Assembly (NCBI GenBank): GCA_020073085.1 | Contig: JAIQFV010000002.1 | Span: 376,875-440,874 of the forward strand | Direction: 5' to 3' | DNA length: 64,000 bases | Origin: Terriglobia bacterium | Lineage (GTDB): Bacteria; Acidobacteriota; Terriglobia; JAIQFV01 | The notes under the pieces: generated by a model | Told to the model about the DNA's origin: nothing | Database searches by the model: none | Seen by the model: the letters and a program-made list of their open reading frames with translations, nothing else | Shown here: positions 9,154 through 19,083 of the stretch, piece by piece | Layout of the letters: each line of letters starts with the position of its first letter | Numbering within the stretch: the first letter of the stretch is position 1 | Made by a program: the position numbers and the translations under genes

Positions 9154-10590
9154 ATGCGGAAATTCATTCTCGGGGTGATTTCGATATGCTTGTCTTTGCG
9201 TCTGATCGGTGCTCAGCCGGCCACTGCTTTATCTCCGGTCGTGAGGGCATTCGTGAGCGTCGATGCGCCGGTCTTCGCGTTGACGCATGTCCGGGTGATC
9301 GATGGGACCGGCGCAGCCGCCGTGGAAGATCAGACTGTTGTCGTTGAGAGCGGACGAATCAAGGCCATCGGAAGGTCGGCGGATATCAAGGTCCCCGAGA
9401 ACGCCAAGGTCCTCGACCTCAGTGGAAGCACCGTGATCCCCGGCATCGTTGGGATGCATGATCACATTTTCTATCCCTCGGGCGGGGGGAGTGCGCTCTA
9501 TAACGACTTGGCGTACAGCGCGCCACGGCTTTATCTGGCCGGCGGAGTGACAACCATCCGCACTACCGGCAGCCTGGAGCCTTACACGGACTTGAATCTG
9601 AAGAAGTCGATCGATGCCGGAAGAGTTCCGGGACCCAAAATGCACGTGACTGGCCCGTATCTCGAAGGTCCGGGGGCATTCACCCTGCAGATGCACGAGC
9701 TGACCAGTCCTGAGGATGCGCGGCGAATGGTCGAGTACTGGGCCGACCAGGGCGTGACCTCGTTTAAGGCGTACATGAACATCTCGCGCGCGGAGTTGGC
9801 AGCAGCCGTCGGGGCGGCGCATCAACGCGGATTCAAGGTCACCGGGCACCTGTGTTCGGTCGGATTTCGTGAGGCGGCCGGCTTGGGCATTGACGACCTG
9901 GAACACGGGTTATTGGTGGATGCCGAGTTTGTCGCCGGCAAGAAGCCCGACACATGTCCTCCGCCCCAGGAAGCCAGAGACAGCATTGCCAAGCTTGATC
10001 TGGAGAGCGCCCCGGTTCAGGAGATGATTCGCGACCTGGTCGAGCATCATGTGGCGATCACTTCAACGCTGCCGGTGTTCGAGATTTCCGTGCCCAATCG
10101 CCCGCCGTTGGACCAGCGTGTTCTTGATGCATTGTTGCCCGAAGCGCGGATAGATTACCTTTCCATACGCGCGCGGATCGGCCAGTCCCCTTTGCCGGGC
10201 CGAGAGGCGGCCTTCAGGAAAGAGCAGCAGTTCGAACGCGAATTTGTAAAGGCCGGAGGGATGTTGATTGCGGGGTTGGACCCGACCGGGTACGGAGGCG
10301 TGATCCCCGGATTTGGGGATCAACGCGAAATCGAATTGCTGGTTGAGGCAGGATTCACACCCCTTGAAGCGATCAAGATAGCAACGTCCAACGGAGCGCA
10401 GTTTCTGGGTGAATTGGATCATATCGGCACACTCGCGGCGGGGAAGCAGGCGGATCTGGTCGTGATCCAGGGGGATCCCTCTAAGAACATTTCCGACATC
10501 AAGAAAGTTACTCTTGTCTTCAAAGATGGCATCGGCTATGACTCGGGAAAGTTGATTGAATCGGTGCGGGGGATGGTGGGATTGCGGTGA
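9154..10590 (+). CDS. amidohydrolase family protein (metal-dependent hydrolase), secreted
   Basis: Amidohydrolase-like N-terminal segment ...VIPGIVGMHDHIFYP... with metal-binding HxH; signal peptide from MRKFILGVISICLSL; GGAGGGA ribosome-binding site. Confidence 0.8.
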   Translation: MRKFILGVISICLSLRLIGAQPATALSPVVRAFVSVDAPVFALTHVRVIDGTGAAAVEDQTVVVESGRIKAIGRSADIKVPENAKVLDLSGSTVIPGIVGMHDHIFYPSGGGSALYNDLAYSAPRLYLAGGVTTIRTTGSLEPYTDLNLKKSIDAGRVPGPKMHVTGPYLEGPGAFTLQMHELTSPEDARRMVEYWADQGVTSFKAYMNISRAELAAAVGAAHQRGFKVTGHLCSVGFREAAGLGIDDLEHGLLVDAEFVAGKKPDTCPPPQEARDSIAKLDLESAPVQEMIRDLVEHHVAITSTLPVFEISVPNRPPLDQRVLDALLPEARIDYLSIRARIGQSPLPGREAAFRKEQQFEREFVKAGGMLIAGLDPTGYGGVIPGFGDQREIELLVEAGFTPLEAIKIATSNGAQFLGELDHIGTLAAGKQADLVVIQGDPSKNISDIKKVTLVFKDGIGYDSGKLIESVRGMVGLR

Positions 10591-10795
10591 AACAGGTGCC
10601 AGTTGTCGGTGAAGAGCAGTCAGCATTCAGCTCTCAGCCATCAGAAAACCCTATTGGGGCGACTAACGGGGTCTATTTCGAATTCTAGGCTGATCAGTCT
10701 CCCATTCAGATTCTTGGTCTACTGGTGTCAACTGATCGCTGAGGGTTGAGAGCTACCCACGGGCAACTGACAACTGAGAACTGACAACTTTCTTC
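10591..10795. repeat. bipartite intergenic element (CAGTTGTCAG / TCAGC flavour)
   Basis: Left arm about 10591-10645, right arm about 10724-10795 (caactgacaactgagaactgacaactt); the right arm overlaps the last roughly 13 codons of the ORF ending at 10753. Confidence 0.65.
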
Positions 10796-11286
10796 AGAAT
10801 CTCTTCCCGCTCCGCAGCCGTTGTCACCCGGTCCAGGGTCGGGTACAGAATCTGCTTTTCGCGCTCGTCGTGATGTTCGATGAGCCAGCGAAACATCGCT
10901 TCCTGGTAAAGGATCTCGATTGCCTGACGGGTGGCTTTCTTCCCTTGAATTTTTCCTCGGGGGAGCAGCTTCTTGAGGCGGTCGATGAATTCCACGATGC
11001 GCTGGTGCTCACCCAGAAAGAGCTGGGGGTCGCCCCCCGGCACCTTTCCGGCCCTCGAATAAACGGGCATGAGCAACCCTTCCTCCTCCCGAATGTGACG
11101 CTTGATCTTCCGCTCGTAGCTCTTCAGCCTCCGCAACGCCAGAGGAAAATCCTGGCGGAGCAAGGCTTCCTGGTGCTCGAGAAACACCTCGAAAATGTCA
11201 TGATGCGTATTCAATAGATCAAGGAATGAAGCCGCTTGACCGGCGTCCCTTTCCCGATCCCTACCCTTTATGGTTTTTATGCGCAT
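10753..11286 (-). CDS. hemerythrin-like (HHE cation-binding) domain protein
   Basis: Multiple H/E-rich motifs (HHDIFEVFLEHQE, EHHDERE); GAGGAG ribosome-binding site before ATG 11286; C-terminal residues KKVVSSQLSVARG are encoded by the repeat arm. Confidence 0.4.
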   Translation of the reverse strand: MRIKTIKGRDRERDAGQAASFLDLLNTHHDIFEVFLEHQEALLRQDFPLALRRLKSYERKIKRHIREEEGLLMPVYSRAGKVPGGDPQLFLGEHQRIVEFIDRLKKLLPRGKIQGKKATRQAIEILYQEAMFRWLIEHHDEREKQILYPTLDRVTTAAEREEILKKVVSSQLSVARG

Positions 11287-11530
11287 TGATTCTCCTCGAG
11301 AGGTCAATCCAAGAAAGAAGTGTCATAAGAGAGAACGCCGGGTCCCTGCAACCTGCCGCCACCAAAATTCCCTCACCATTTCACCGGGATTCTGCTAGTA
11401 TTTTTGGCTCGCATTCACCTGAAATCAAGACTCAAAAGCAAAAAGTTATCACTGCCGTCTTGAAGCCGTCACCATCGGAAGCCGACCGCTGAATCTCATC
11501 CTGACCTGCGGGCCCGACAAGGGAGGAACA

Positions 11531-12517
11531 ATGGAGCGTATTCTGTCGCACGAGTTTCTTAGAGTTGTGGAGCAGGCGGCCATTGCCACGGCTCACACCA
11601 TGGGACAAGGGGACCGACATCTGTCCGACCAGGTCGCCGTCGAAGAGATGCGAAAGGTCATGGACACCCTCGAGATCGACGGAACCATTGTAATCGGAGA
11701 GGGAGAACGGGATGAAGCCCCCATGTTGTATGTGGGCGAGCGGGTGGGCCTGGGGGCGAAAAACGACGATCGAAACATGCCTCGAATTGACATTGCCGTC
11801 GACCCCCTGGAAGGAACGAACCTGTGCGCCATGGGTGCTCCCAACGCCATCGCAGTGCTGGCGGCCTCCGAAGGGGGGGGATTGCTCAATGCCCCCGATA
11901 CTTACATGGAAAAGATCATCGTGGGCCCCTCATGCAAGGGGGCGGTGGAACTCGATGCTCCCCCCAAGGACAATCTCAGAGCCATCGCGCGGCGGCTCGA
12001 CCGCGATGTGGAAGACCTCGTGGTCATCGTACTGGACCGCCCCCGCCATCAGAAACTCATCGACGCCATCCGAGAAGCGGGGGCCCGCATTCGCCTGATC
12101 GGGGATGGAGATCTCTCGGCCGGAATTTCGGCCGCGGTCGTCGGGACGGGCGTTCACGCCGTCATGGGGATAGGCGGCGCCCCCGAAGGGGTGCTGACCG
12201 CCGCGGCCTTGCGCTGCTTGAATGGGGAGATCCTGGGCCGCCTGGTGGTGGCCAAGGAGGGACAGCGCGAGCGGATGGAGGCGATGGGGATCAAGGATTT
12301 GACCAGGATTTACTCGACGGAAGACCTGGCCCCGGGAAAGAAAATCATCTTTGCGGCGTGCGGGGTCACGGACGGGAACCTCTTGAAGGGGGTCCGTTAC
12401 TTTGGCGAGGGCACACGTACTTCCTCCCTGGTCATGACCCTGGAGGATCACAAGGTACAGTTCATCGATACCGTGCACTTGGAAAAACGGCCGGATATTA
12501 AAGTGCGGTTCTTTTGA
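11531..12517 (+). CDS. glpX: fructose-1,6-bisphosphatase class II (GlpX)
   Basis: Conserved GlpX blocks ([30 protein letters not shown]); GGGAGG ribosome-binding site. Confidence 0.9.
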   Translation: MERILSHEFLRVVEQAAIATAHTMGQGDRHLSDQVAVEEMRKVMDTLEIDGTIVIGEGERDEAPMLYVGERVGLGAKNDDRNMPRIDIAVDPLEGTNLCAMGAPNAIAVLAASEGGGLLNAPDTYMEKIIVGPSCKGAVELDAPPKDNLRAIARRLDRDVEDLVVIVLDRPRHQKLIDAIREAGARIRLIGDGDLSAGISAAVVGTGVHAVMGIGGAPEGVLTAAALRCLNGEILGRLVVAKEGQRERMEAMGIKDLTRIYSTEDLAPGKKIIFAACGVTDGNLLKGVRYFGEGTRTSSLVMTLEDHKVQFIDTVHLEKRPDIKVRFF

Positions 12518-12752
12518 AAGAAGTTGTCAGTTCTCGGTTCTCAGTTGTCGGTAAGAGCTTTCAGCTATCAGCCACCAGCTTTTGGCGGGAGGCTTACTGG
12601 GGGTTGTAAGCATGGTTCGAAGCAGCAATTGACCGCTGATTGGAAATCAGGTCCTTGAACAAGAAGGCGATCCTCTGGTTCGGTTGCTGATAGCTGACCG
12701 CTGATAGCCATTACTGAGAACTGACAACTGAGAACTGACAACTTACTTCAGG
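12518..12752. repeat. bipartite intergenic element (CAGTTGTCAG flavour), best-preserved example
   Basis: Left arm 12518-12579 (aagttgtcagttctcggttctcagttgtcggtaagagctttcagctatcagcc) is the near reverse complement of right arm 12684-12752; unique core about 12580-12683. Confidence 0.8.
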
Positions 12753-12763
12753 ATTGAACCAGA

Positions 12764-13309
12764 ATGACCGAGCAACACAAAACCCAAACAGTTTACGGGA
12801 TCCTTCTCGCCGTCGCCATTCTCTGGAACCTGGCGTTCATTGCGGCGCCGTGGAGCTGGGCACAAGGGCATACGATTGTGGCTACAGGGTTGTACTTGAT
12901 GTTTTCTCCGGTGTGTCATCAGCGGGCGGACCGGTCTTTCTTTGCATTCGGTCACCATCTGGCGGTGTGCCATCGCTGCACCGGGATTTACCTGGGGGCG
13001 CTGGCAGGCCTCTTGTTGGTTCCGCTGCTGAGCCTGGCGCGGCCCGGGAAAAGGGAGGGACTGGTTCGAGTTCGAATTCAGAACCGGGCATTGTTGTTGC
13101 TCGCCCTGGCGCTGATGGCCGCGGATGTGGGAGGCGAACTTTTGGGAATACGCCACAGCACCCCGATGTCTCGATTTTTGACCGGTGCCTTTTGTGGTAT
13201 AGTGGCAACGTTCTATTTACTGCCAGCCATTTTCGATATCTTTATCAAGGTTTCCAAAGAGTCCAGACCCGCCGTCGCCACTGATGTTTCCGGAATCAAA
13301 ATATTCTGA
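12764..13309 (+). CDS. DUF2085-like membrane protein
   Basis: Multi-TM protein with conserved CHQR...CHRCTGIY cysteine/histidine motif. Confidence 0.55.
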   Translation: MTEQHKTQTVYGILLAVAILWNLAFIAAPWSWAQGHTIVATGLYLMFSPVCHQRADRSFFAFGHHLAVCHRCTGIYLGALAGLLLVPLLSLARPGKREGLVRVRIQNRALLLLALALMAADVGGELLGIRHSTPMSRFLTGAFCGIVATFYLLPAIFDIFIKVSKESRPAVATDVSGIKIF

Positions 13310-13437
13310 ATGCAACCACGGCATTGAAAGCAGGGAGTTGTCATTGGAGACTGGGAACCGAGTGAAAACGCTGAGTGGGAGCGGCTTCAAGGCGCCAGTC
13401 AGGGTTCACTGAGTAGCCAAGACCAAGGAGGATCTTT

Positions 13438-14196
13438 ATGGCTCTATTTTGCTCAAAGTGCGGGACCGCTATCGTCACGGGATCAAAATTCTGTCAGGCG
13501 TGCGGGGCGCCGGCGCCTCAACCGATGCAAGCTGCGCCGCCTCCCCCAGCCCAACCACAGCAGCAATGGGCCGCACCTCCGCCGGTTCCACCCCCTCAGC
13601 CACAACAGCAGTGGGCTCCACCGCCATATGCAGCCGGTCAGCCCGGACCTCCGACGAAGAAGACCGGAGGAGCCCTCAAAGTTATCTTGATCGTTCTTGG
13701 GGTCATCGTCATCCTCATCGTGGTGGCCGTCGTAGGCGTTAGCCTGTTTATCAAGAAGACCGTGCTCGATAACGTCTCGGTAAAAGAGGGGCCGGGAGGG
13801 AGAGCCGAGGTCTCCATCAACACCCCCAAGGGACAGATCAAACTTAACTCGAAGGCGGACATTTCTGAAGAAAAGCTGGGTGTCCCGATTTATCCGGGCG
13901 CCAGGGCCGAGGAAGGGTCAGGCTCTTTCAGCATCTCCGGGGGGGAAGGGGAGAAGGGCGGCACTTTGGGCGGCGCCACCTTCACCACAACCGACAGCAT
14001 CGACAAGGTGGTCGAGTTTTACAAGAGCCGGCTGGGTAACAAGGTCAGTGCCTTTGATTCCGCTTCCGGAGGAAAACACACGGTCGTCTTGAATGTGGCG
14101 ATCCAGAACGGCTGGAAGATGATCACGATCGAGGATGAAGGGACAGGCGTGACCAAGATTGCGGTCGCGAGCCTTTCCGGGAATTCGCCGCAGTAA
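13438..14196 (+). CDS. zinc-ribbon domain membrane protein with Pro/Gln-rich linker
   Basis: N-terminal CxxC-N12-CxxC zinc ribbon (FCSKCG...CQACG), PPPPAQPQQQW low-complexity linker, one TM helix, C-terminal globular domain; AAGGAGG ribosome-binding site. Confidence 0.55.
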   Translation: MALFCSKCGTAIVTGSKFCQACGAPAPQPMQAAPPPPAQPQQQWAAPPPVPPPQPQQQWAPPPYAAGQPGPPTKKTGGALKVILIVLGVIVILIVVAVVGVSLFIKKTVLDNVSVKEGPGGRAEVSINTPKGQIKLNSKADISEEKLGVPIYPGARAEEGSGSFSISGGEGEKGGTLGGATFTTTDSIDKVVEFYKSRLGNKVSAFDSASGGKHTVVLNVAIQNGWKMITIEDEGTGVTKIAVASLSGNSPQ

Positions 14197-14286
14197 TCTA
14201 TTCGGCGGAGTGTTCTAACTGGTGATGCAGATATGCATCGGGTTTCCAGAAACAGAGCGATAGACACTTAATCAAGGGAGAGTGAC

Positions 14287-15003
14287 ATGGCCGCTTTTTG
14301 CCCGAATTGTGGAAACACGATTGATGAAGGAGCGAGGTTTTGCCAGAAGTGTGGAGCCGCATCGCCGCAGCCTGCCGCAGCGGCCCCTCCGCCCCCACCG
14401 CCACCTCCTGCTCCGGAACCACAGTGGACTCCCCAACCCCCTCCTCCACCCCAAGGACAATGGACGCCACCTCCCTCGGGGTTTCCTGCGGCGCCTGCGG
14501 GCGCCCCTTCAAATAAGATGAAAGCAGCACTGTTGGGAGGGCTGGTGGGGGGCCTTTTGTCAGGTCTTCCGTTTATTAAGGCCGGCAACTGTTGCTTCTG
14601 CCTTTGGGTCATGCTCGGCGGGGTCATCGCTGTCTATATATACAGCAAACAGCTTTATGCAATGACGGGGGGCACGGCGGCTCTCCTGGGTATGCAGAGC
14701 GGAATGGTCTCGGCAGTGGTCTCCACGATTATTTCCATCCCTTTTCAGCTCATCATGACCCGTGTGGCGGGGGGATTCCAACGGGAGATGATCGAGAAGA
14801 TGATGGAACAAAATCCCGACTTCCCACCTCAGTTTCGGGACTTTATGCTCAGGATGTTTTCTCCGGAATTTGCTGTCGGATTGATTATTTTCGGTTTCAT
14901 CATCTCGCTGGTTGTTTTCTCACTCTTTGGCGCCCTTGGCGGGATCATTGGGAGGTCGCTATTCAAATCCCATATGGTCGGCGATGTGAAGAGACCGAGT
15001 TGA
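14287..15003 (+). CDS. zinc-ribbon domain multi-pass membrane protein (paralogue of the preceding gene)
   Basis: Same N-terminal zinc ribbon (FCPNCG...CQKCG) and Pro-rich linker, then several TM segments; AAGGGAG ribosome-binding site. Confidence 0.55.
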   Translation: MAAFCPNCGNTIDEGARFCQKCGAASPQPAAAAPPPPPPPPAPEPQWTPQPPPPPQGQWTPPPSGFPAAPAGAPSNKMKAALLGGLVGGLLSGLPFIKAGNCCFCLWVMLGGVIAVYIYSKQLYAMTGGTAALLGMQSGMVSAVVSTIISIPFQLIMTRVAGGFQREMIEKMMEQNPDFPPQFRDFMLRMFSPEFAVGLIIFGFIISLVVFSLFGALGGIIGRSLFKSHMVGDVKRPS

Positions 15004-15169
15004 ACTGACAAGGGCCTTCGAAGACCCGGCTGAAGCGGGTCATGACAAGGGTTCCGAGGGGTTCAAGCCTTGAATTGCTTTGGGAACTGATCCTTAGGGA
15101 AATTACTTTTTTAAGGACGGGCCTGAGAATTTTGAATCCCGGTTGTTTCTACTGGTCAACTCCAAGTGC

Positions 15170-16873
15170 ATGATGAGGAACTTGGACGCCGCGAGCTTTT
15201 GCGATCGATATTCAAGGGCGTTCGTTGTCCTCTTGCTGCTCCTTTTCTTCTTCCACGCCGTAACCCAGATTCCCCGGAAATCTCTGACCGTCGATGAGCC
15301 CGCCAACGTTGCGGTGGGCTATGCATTCCTGAAAACCGGCGATGTCAACCTGGGGGAAGACACTCCGCCGCTGGTGCGTGTGATCAGTGCCCTGCCGCTG
15401 CTGGCCCTGCACCCCCGGCTGCCGCTGGAAGATGCGAGCTGGCGCGACCGAATCCACTGGAAATTCGGAAACGTGTTTTTCGATTCCAACCCGCCCCCGC
15501 TCTACTTCCGGATGATTTTTTGGTCCCGGGTGCCTATGGTGCTTATTGCCTGTGCCCTGGGAGGATGGGTCTATTTTGTGGCGCGTCGTTTCTTCGGGAG
15601 CTGCGCCGCTTTGGTTGCGCTGTTTTTGTTTACCCTCGAGCCCAACATCCTCGCCAACGCGATGCTGGTCAAGAACGACCTCGCCTCGGCTCTCGTTTAC
15701 TTGTGGTTTTTCTATGCGGCATGGCTCTATCTGCTTTCTCCCGATCTGCGGAGAGCATTGCACGTGGCCGCGGTGCTGGCGATCGGGATGATGACAAAAT
15801 TCTCATTGTTGTTGCTTTTCGGCCTCGCAGGGATCGTTTTCATCACTGCATTTCTTCTCCATCGGGAGAGGAGATCCTCGAAACCCACCATCGCTCACCC
15901 CACTATTCTCAAGAACCACCTGATGCATGGCCTGGCAGGGGCGGTCCTGATTATCGGGATCGCGAACCTCGGATATGGGCTGGAGCTGTTCCGCCCGCAC
16001 CTTTCGCATGTACCGCTCCATTCCAGTGTATCTCGAGTTCTGGTGCATCTTCTTCCCATAACGCTGCTGGCAGGAATCGAGAGCGTGTTTCAAGTCACGG
16101 GTACGGGTTGGCCGGCCTTTCTGGCGGGGCACTATTCGAGTACCGGTTGGTGGTATTACTATCCGCTTGCCCTTGCCATCAAACTCCCGATCCCGATCCT
16201 TGTTTTTTTCATCTCCGGGTTTGTCTACGGTCTCTATGTGGTCGTCCGGGACAGGGATTGGCGGTGGTTTCTTCTTTTGCTCGCCGTAGTCATCTATCTC
16301 GTTCCCAGCCTGGGCAGCAAGGTGAACGCCGGCCTGCGCCATATTCTCCCGATCTTCCCGCCGATGTGCATCCTGGCGGGCGCGATGGTCGCACGGATCC
16401 TTGAGCGGGGTCGGAAACCCGTGAAGGTGGCGGTTGCAATCTTACTGGTGGCGCTGCCGATTTTGGTGTTGAGGACATATCCGGATTATCTGGCCTATTT
16501 CAACGAGATCATCGGAGGACCACGGAACGGATGGAAATACCTGAGCGATTCCAATTTGGACTGGGGGGAAGAACTCCCTCGCCTGGCTTCCTATGCTCGT
16601 GAGAATCAGATCGATGATCTCAAGCTGGCCTATCTGGGCGGGGGCAATCCGGAGTTTTATGGGATGCACGCTACGATGTTGGAGGTTCCTTACGCCTGGG
16701 AGCCGCACGATCTCCCTCCGAAAATGTCTCCCTCATCAGGAACTTATGCGATCAGCGTGACGCTTCTCCAGGGCACTGTCTTCGGAGATCGTCGTGACTA
16801 TTTTCAATATTTTCGGGATCGAGAGCCGATGGCTCGGCTGGGGGAGTCGATTTTTGTTTTTCAAGTGCATTAG
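15170..16873 (+). CDS. glycosyltransferase family 39 / ArnT-like membrane glycosyltransferase
   Basis: About 12 predicted TM helices with a conserved DEP motif in the first loop (LTVDEPANVAVGYAF), typical of ArnT/PMT-type enzymes. Confidence 0.7.
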   Translation: MMRNLDAASFCDRYSRAFVVLLLLLFFFHAVTQIPRKSLTVDEPANVAVGYAFLKTGDVNLGEDTPPLVRVISALPLLALHPRLPLEDASWRDRIHWKFGNVFFDSNPPPLYFRMIFWSRVPMVLIACALGGWVYFVARRFFGSCAALVALFLFTLEPNILANAMLVKNDLASALVYLWFFYAAWLYLLSPDLRRALHVAAVLAIGMMTKFSLLLLFGLAGIVFITAFLLHRERRSSKPTIAHPTILKNHLMHGLAGAVLIIGIANLGYGLELFRPHLSHVPLHSSVSRVLVHLLPITLLAGIESVFQVTGTGWPAFLAGHYSSTGWWYYYPLALAIKLPIPILVFFISGFVYGLYVVVRDRDWRWFLLLLAVVIYLVPSLGSKVNAGLRHILPIFPPMCILAGAMVARILERGRKPVKVAVAILLVALPILVLRTYPDYLAYFNEIIGGPRNGWKYLSDSNLDWGEELPRLASYARENQIDDLKLAYLGGGNPEFYGMHATMLEVPYAWEPHDLPPKMSPSSGTYAISVTLLQGTVFGDRRDYFQYFRDREPMARLGESIFVFQVH

Positions 16874-16904
16874 TGTATTTGACGGGAAATTGGAACGGCC
16901 GGAG

Positions 16905-17105
16905 AGTAGAGGTGATAGGTAATAGGTTATAGGAAGAAACAGGAAACCTGACGTTGGCTGTTTGAGGAATGAAGCGAGCGTCGTTGTCTGTTGCGGAGAG
17001 TTCAACTCCCGTACCGAGCTTCTAAGACCTCTCGCCGACCTCTGTCTTTGTAGTTCATTGGGTGAAACCTAACACCAAACACCTAATACCTATCACCTCT
17101 TTCCT
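16905..17105. repeat. bipartite intergenic element (GGTGATAGG / AATAGG flavour)
   Basis: Left arm gaggtgataggtaataggttataggaagaaacaggaaacc pairs with right arm ggtgaaacctaacaccaaacacctaatacctatcacctc. Confidence 0.7.
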
Positions 17106-17124
17106 CATTAGAAACCTATCTCTT

Positions 17125-17883
17125 ATGCAACAGCGACGTGGGGACACCACAAAAATTCCTGGAGACTATCAATACTGCGCATTGACTCGGGGGAATCCGG
17201 TCCAGCGGTTCTGGCATTACAGCAAACAGCTGGCGATAAAGAGATATCTCCCGCCTGGGTCCGGCGAACGCATCTTGGATGTTGGATGCGGCTCCGGCGT
17301 GATCACTTCTTTTCTGGGGGAATCCGGCGCATCGGTTCTGGGAATTGACAGCAGCGAAGACGCCATCGCATTTGCCTCTCAAGAATTCTCCGCCCCGAAT
17401 GTGAGGTTCGAGCGACTACTGGTTGACGACCTGGTCGGTCTGGATCACTTGTCGTTCGACAAGATTTATTGCCTGGAGCTCATTGAGCACATCTACCGGA
17501 ACCAAACCCGGGAGTTGTTCCAGCAATTCCGGACACTGGTCAAGCCCGGGGGAAAGGTTTTTGTCACCACGCCGAATTACCGATCTCTTTGGCCTCTGAT
17601 CGAATGGATCATGGATACGGCGCGGCTTGCGCCTCAGATGTCGGAGCATCAGCATGTGGAATTCTTTAATGCCCGGAAGCTGCAGGACACAGGCCTGGAG
17701 TGCGGATTTGAAATGGAGGAAAGTGTCTCCATGTGCTTTCTCGCCCCCTGGCTCGCCCCCCTGAGCTGGCGCCTGGCCGAAAAAGCGGACGTACTCGAAA
17801 GCCGTTTACCATTCCACATGGGATCGATTTTGATTGGAGTGTTCGCAAAAAAGGAAGCTGGACAGGGATTAGCTTCTGCTTGA
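17125..17883 (+). CDS. class I SAM-dependent methyltransferase
   Basis: SAM-binding motif I (ILDVGCGSGVITSFL) and downstream motifs; start placed after the repeat arm at ATG 17125. Confidence 0.75.
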   Translation: MQQRRGDTTKIPGDYQYCALTRGNPVQRFWHYSKQLAIKRYLPPGSGERILDVGCGSGVITSFLGESGASVLGIDSSEDAIAFASQEFSAPNVRFERLLVDDLVGLDHLSFDKIYCLELIEHIYRNQTRELFQQFRTLVKPGGKVFVTTPNYRSLWPLIEWIMDTARLAPQMSEHQHVEFFNARKLQDTGLECGFEMEESVSMCFLAPWLAPLSWRLAEKADVLESRLPFHMGSILIGVFAKKEAGQGLASA

Positions 17884-17983
17884 CTCGAATGCGATTGAAA
17901 TGACGGTAAAGGGCGCAGAGATGTTTGGCGGGGGCGCATCTTTGCTCCATTTGGCGGAAGCGCAGGCTTGATTCGTAGCCGTC

Positions 17984-18017
17984 CGCAGACATGGACGCTG
18001 GGGCGGTCATGTCTGCG
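17984..18017. repeat. REP-like hairpin CGCAGACATG-N14-CATGTCTGCG
   Basis: 10 bp perfect inverted repeat sharing the GCAGAC core with the palindromes at 749-879 and 6344-6361. Confidence 0.5.
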
Positions 18018-18069
18018 CCACCAGACGATTCAATCATCCGAAGGGCAGTTGCTGTCAGAAGAGAACGGA

Positions 18070-18106
18070 TCGCTATTGCTGACAACTGACAACTGACAAC
18101 CGGCAA
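18070..18106. repeat. single low-complexity arm (GACAACTGACAACTGACAAC), no clear partner
   Basis: CAGTTGTCAG-type motif directly downstream of the htpX stop. Confidence 0.5.
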
Positions 18107-18973
18107 CTATTCCAACCGCCTGCCCGTCAGGCGTTCAATGCGCTTGGCGATGGGAGGGTGGGTCGAAAAGAGATTTCCGATAGCGCTCATCAGGCCCCCG
18201 CCGGTGAAGGGTTGAATGATAAACAAGTGGGCCGTCGAGGGGGAAGCCACCATCGGAATCCGCTTCGAGTAGGCATCCAGCTTTTGAAGCGCGCTCGCCA
18301 GTCCCTCAGGGTTGTGCGTCATTTCAGCGCCACTGGCATCGGCCTGGTATTCGCGAGACCGTGAAATCGCCAGTTGGATCAAGAGGGCGGCAATCGGCGC
18401 TACGATAATCATCAACAGACCGGAAAGCACGCCGCCACCCCGTTCGTTGTCGCTGCTGCGTCCTCCAAAACCCCCAAACAACTCAGCCCAGTAAGCCATG
18501 CGTGCAATCATCGTTAACGCGCCGGCAATGGTCGCTGCCACGGCGCTGATCAGGATGTCGCGGTTCTTCACATGGCTGAGTTCATGGGCCAGCACACCCT
18601 CAAGTTCCCGCTCGTCCAGGATTTTCAAAATACCCTGGGTGACGGCAACTGAGGCATGGTCGGGATTCCGTCCCGTGGCAAAGGCGTTGGGTGAATCCGT
18701 CGGAATCATATAAATCTTCGGCATCGGCAGTTGATTGTTGGCCGCGAGCCGTTCGCAGATGCGATAGACCATGGGCGCTTCTTCGCGTGAAATGGGAACG
18801 GCGCCATTCATCGCGAGGGCGATCTTGTCGGACCAGAAATAACTTGCGAAATTCATCACAACGGCGAGTCCGAGGCCCAGCATCAAGCCGTTTTGACCGC
18901 CAACGGCCTCACCTACAAACAACAGCAAGCCTGTCAGCAAGCCCAACAGTAAAACCGTTTTCAGTCCATTCAT
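18107..18973 (-). CDS. htpX: zinc metalloprotease HtpX (M48 family)
   Basis: HELSH zinc-binding motif, several TM helices, conserved C-terminal region; ATG 18973 (MNGLKT). Confidence 0.85.
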   Translation of the reverse strand: MNGLKTVLLLGLLTGLLLFVGEAVGGQNGLMLGLGLAVVMNFASYFWSDKIALAMNGAVPISREEAPMVYRICERLAANNQLPMPKIYMIPTDSPNAFATGRNPDHASVAVTQGILKILDERELEGVLAHELSHVKNRDILISAVAATIAGALTMIARMAYWAELFGGFGGRSSDNERGGGVLSGLLMIIVAPIAALLIQLAISRSREYQADASGAEMTHNPEGLASALQKLDAYSKRIPMVASPSTAHLFIIQPFTGGGLMSAIGNLFSTHPPIAKRIERLTGRRLE

Positions 18974-19083
18974 AGTCGTGCGTGCCTTTCGTTCCTGCAA
19001 TGGATTGGATTTGTGCAGGTGGCCAGAGGTTGTCTCCAAGATGTTAATAGTAAGATTCAAAAGCGAATTGTCAATGAAGCGAA

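Noticed and set aside
12518-12752. Integron attC sites or gene cassettes as an explanation for the inverted-arm elements
   Set aside because: Arms lack the RYYYAAC/GTTRRRY core sites, the flanking genes are housekeeping rather than cassettes, and no integrase is present.
14224-14239. GATGCA-gata-TGCATC inverted repeat upstream of the second zinc-ribbon gene as an operator
   Set aside because: Only a 6 bp half-site; too short to distinguish from chance.
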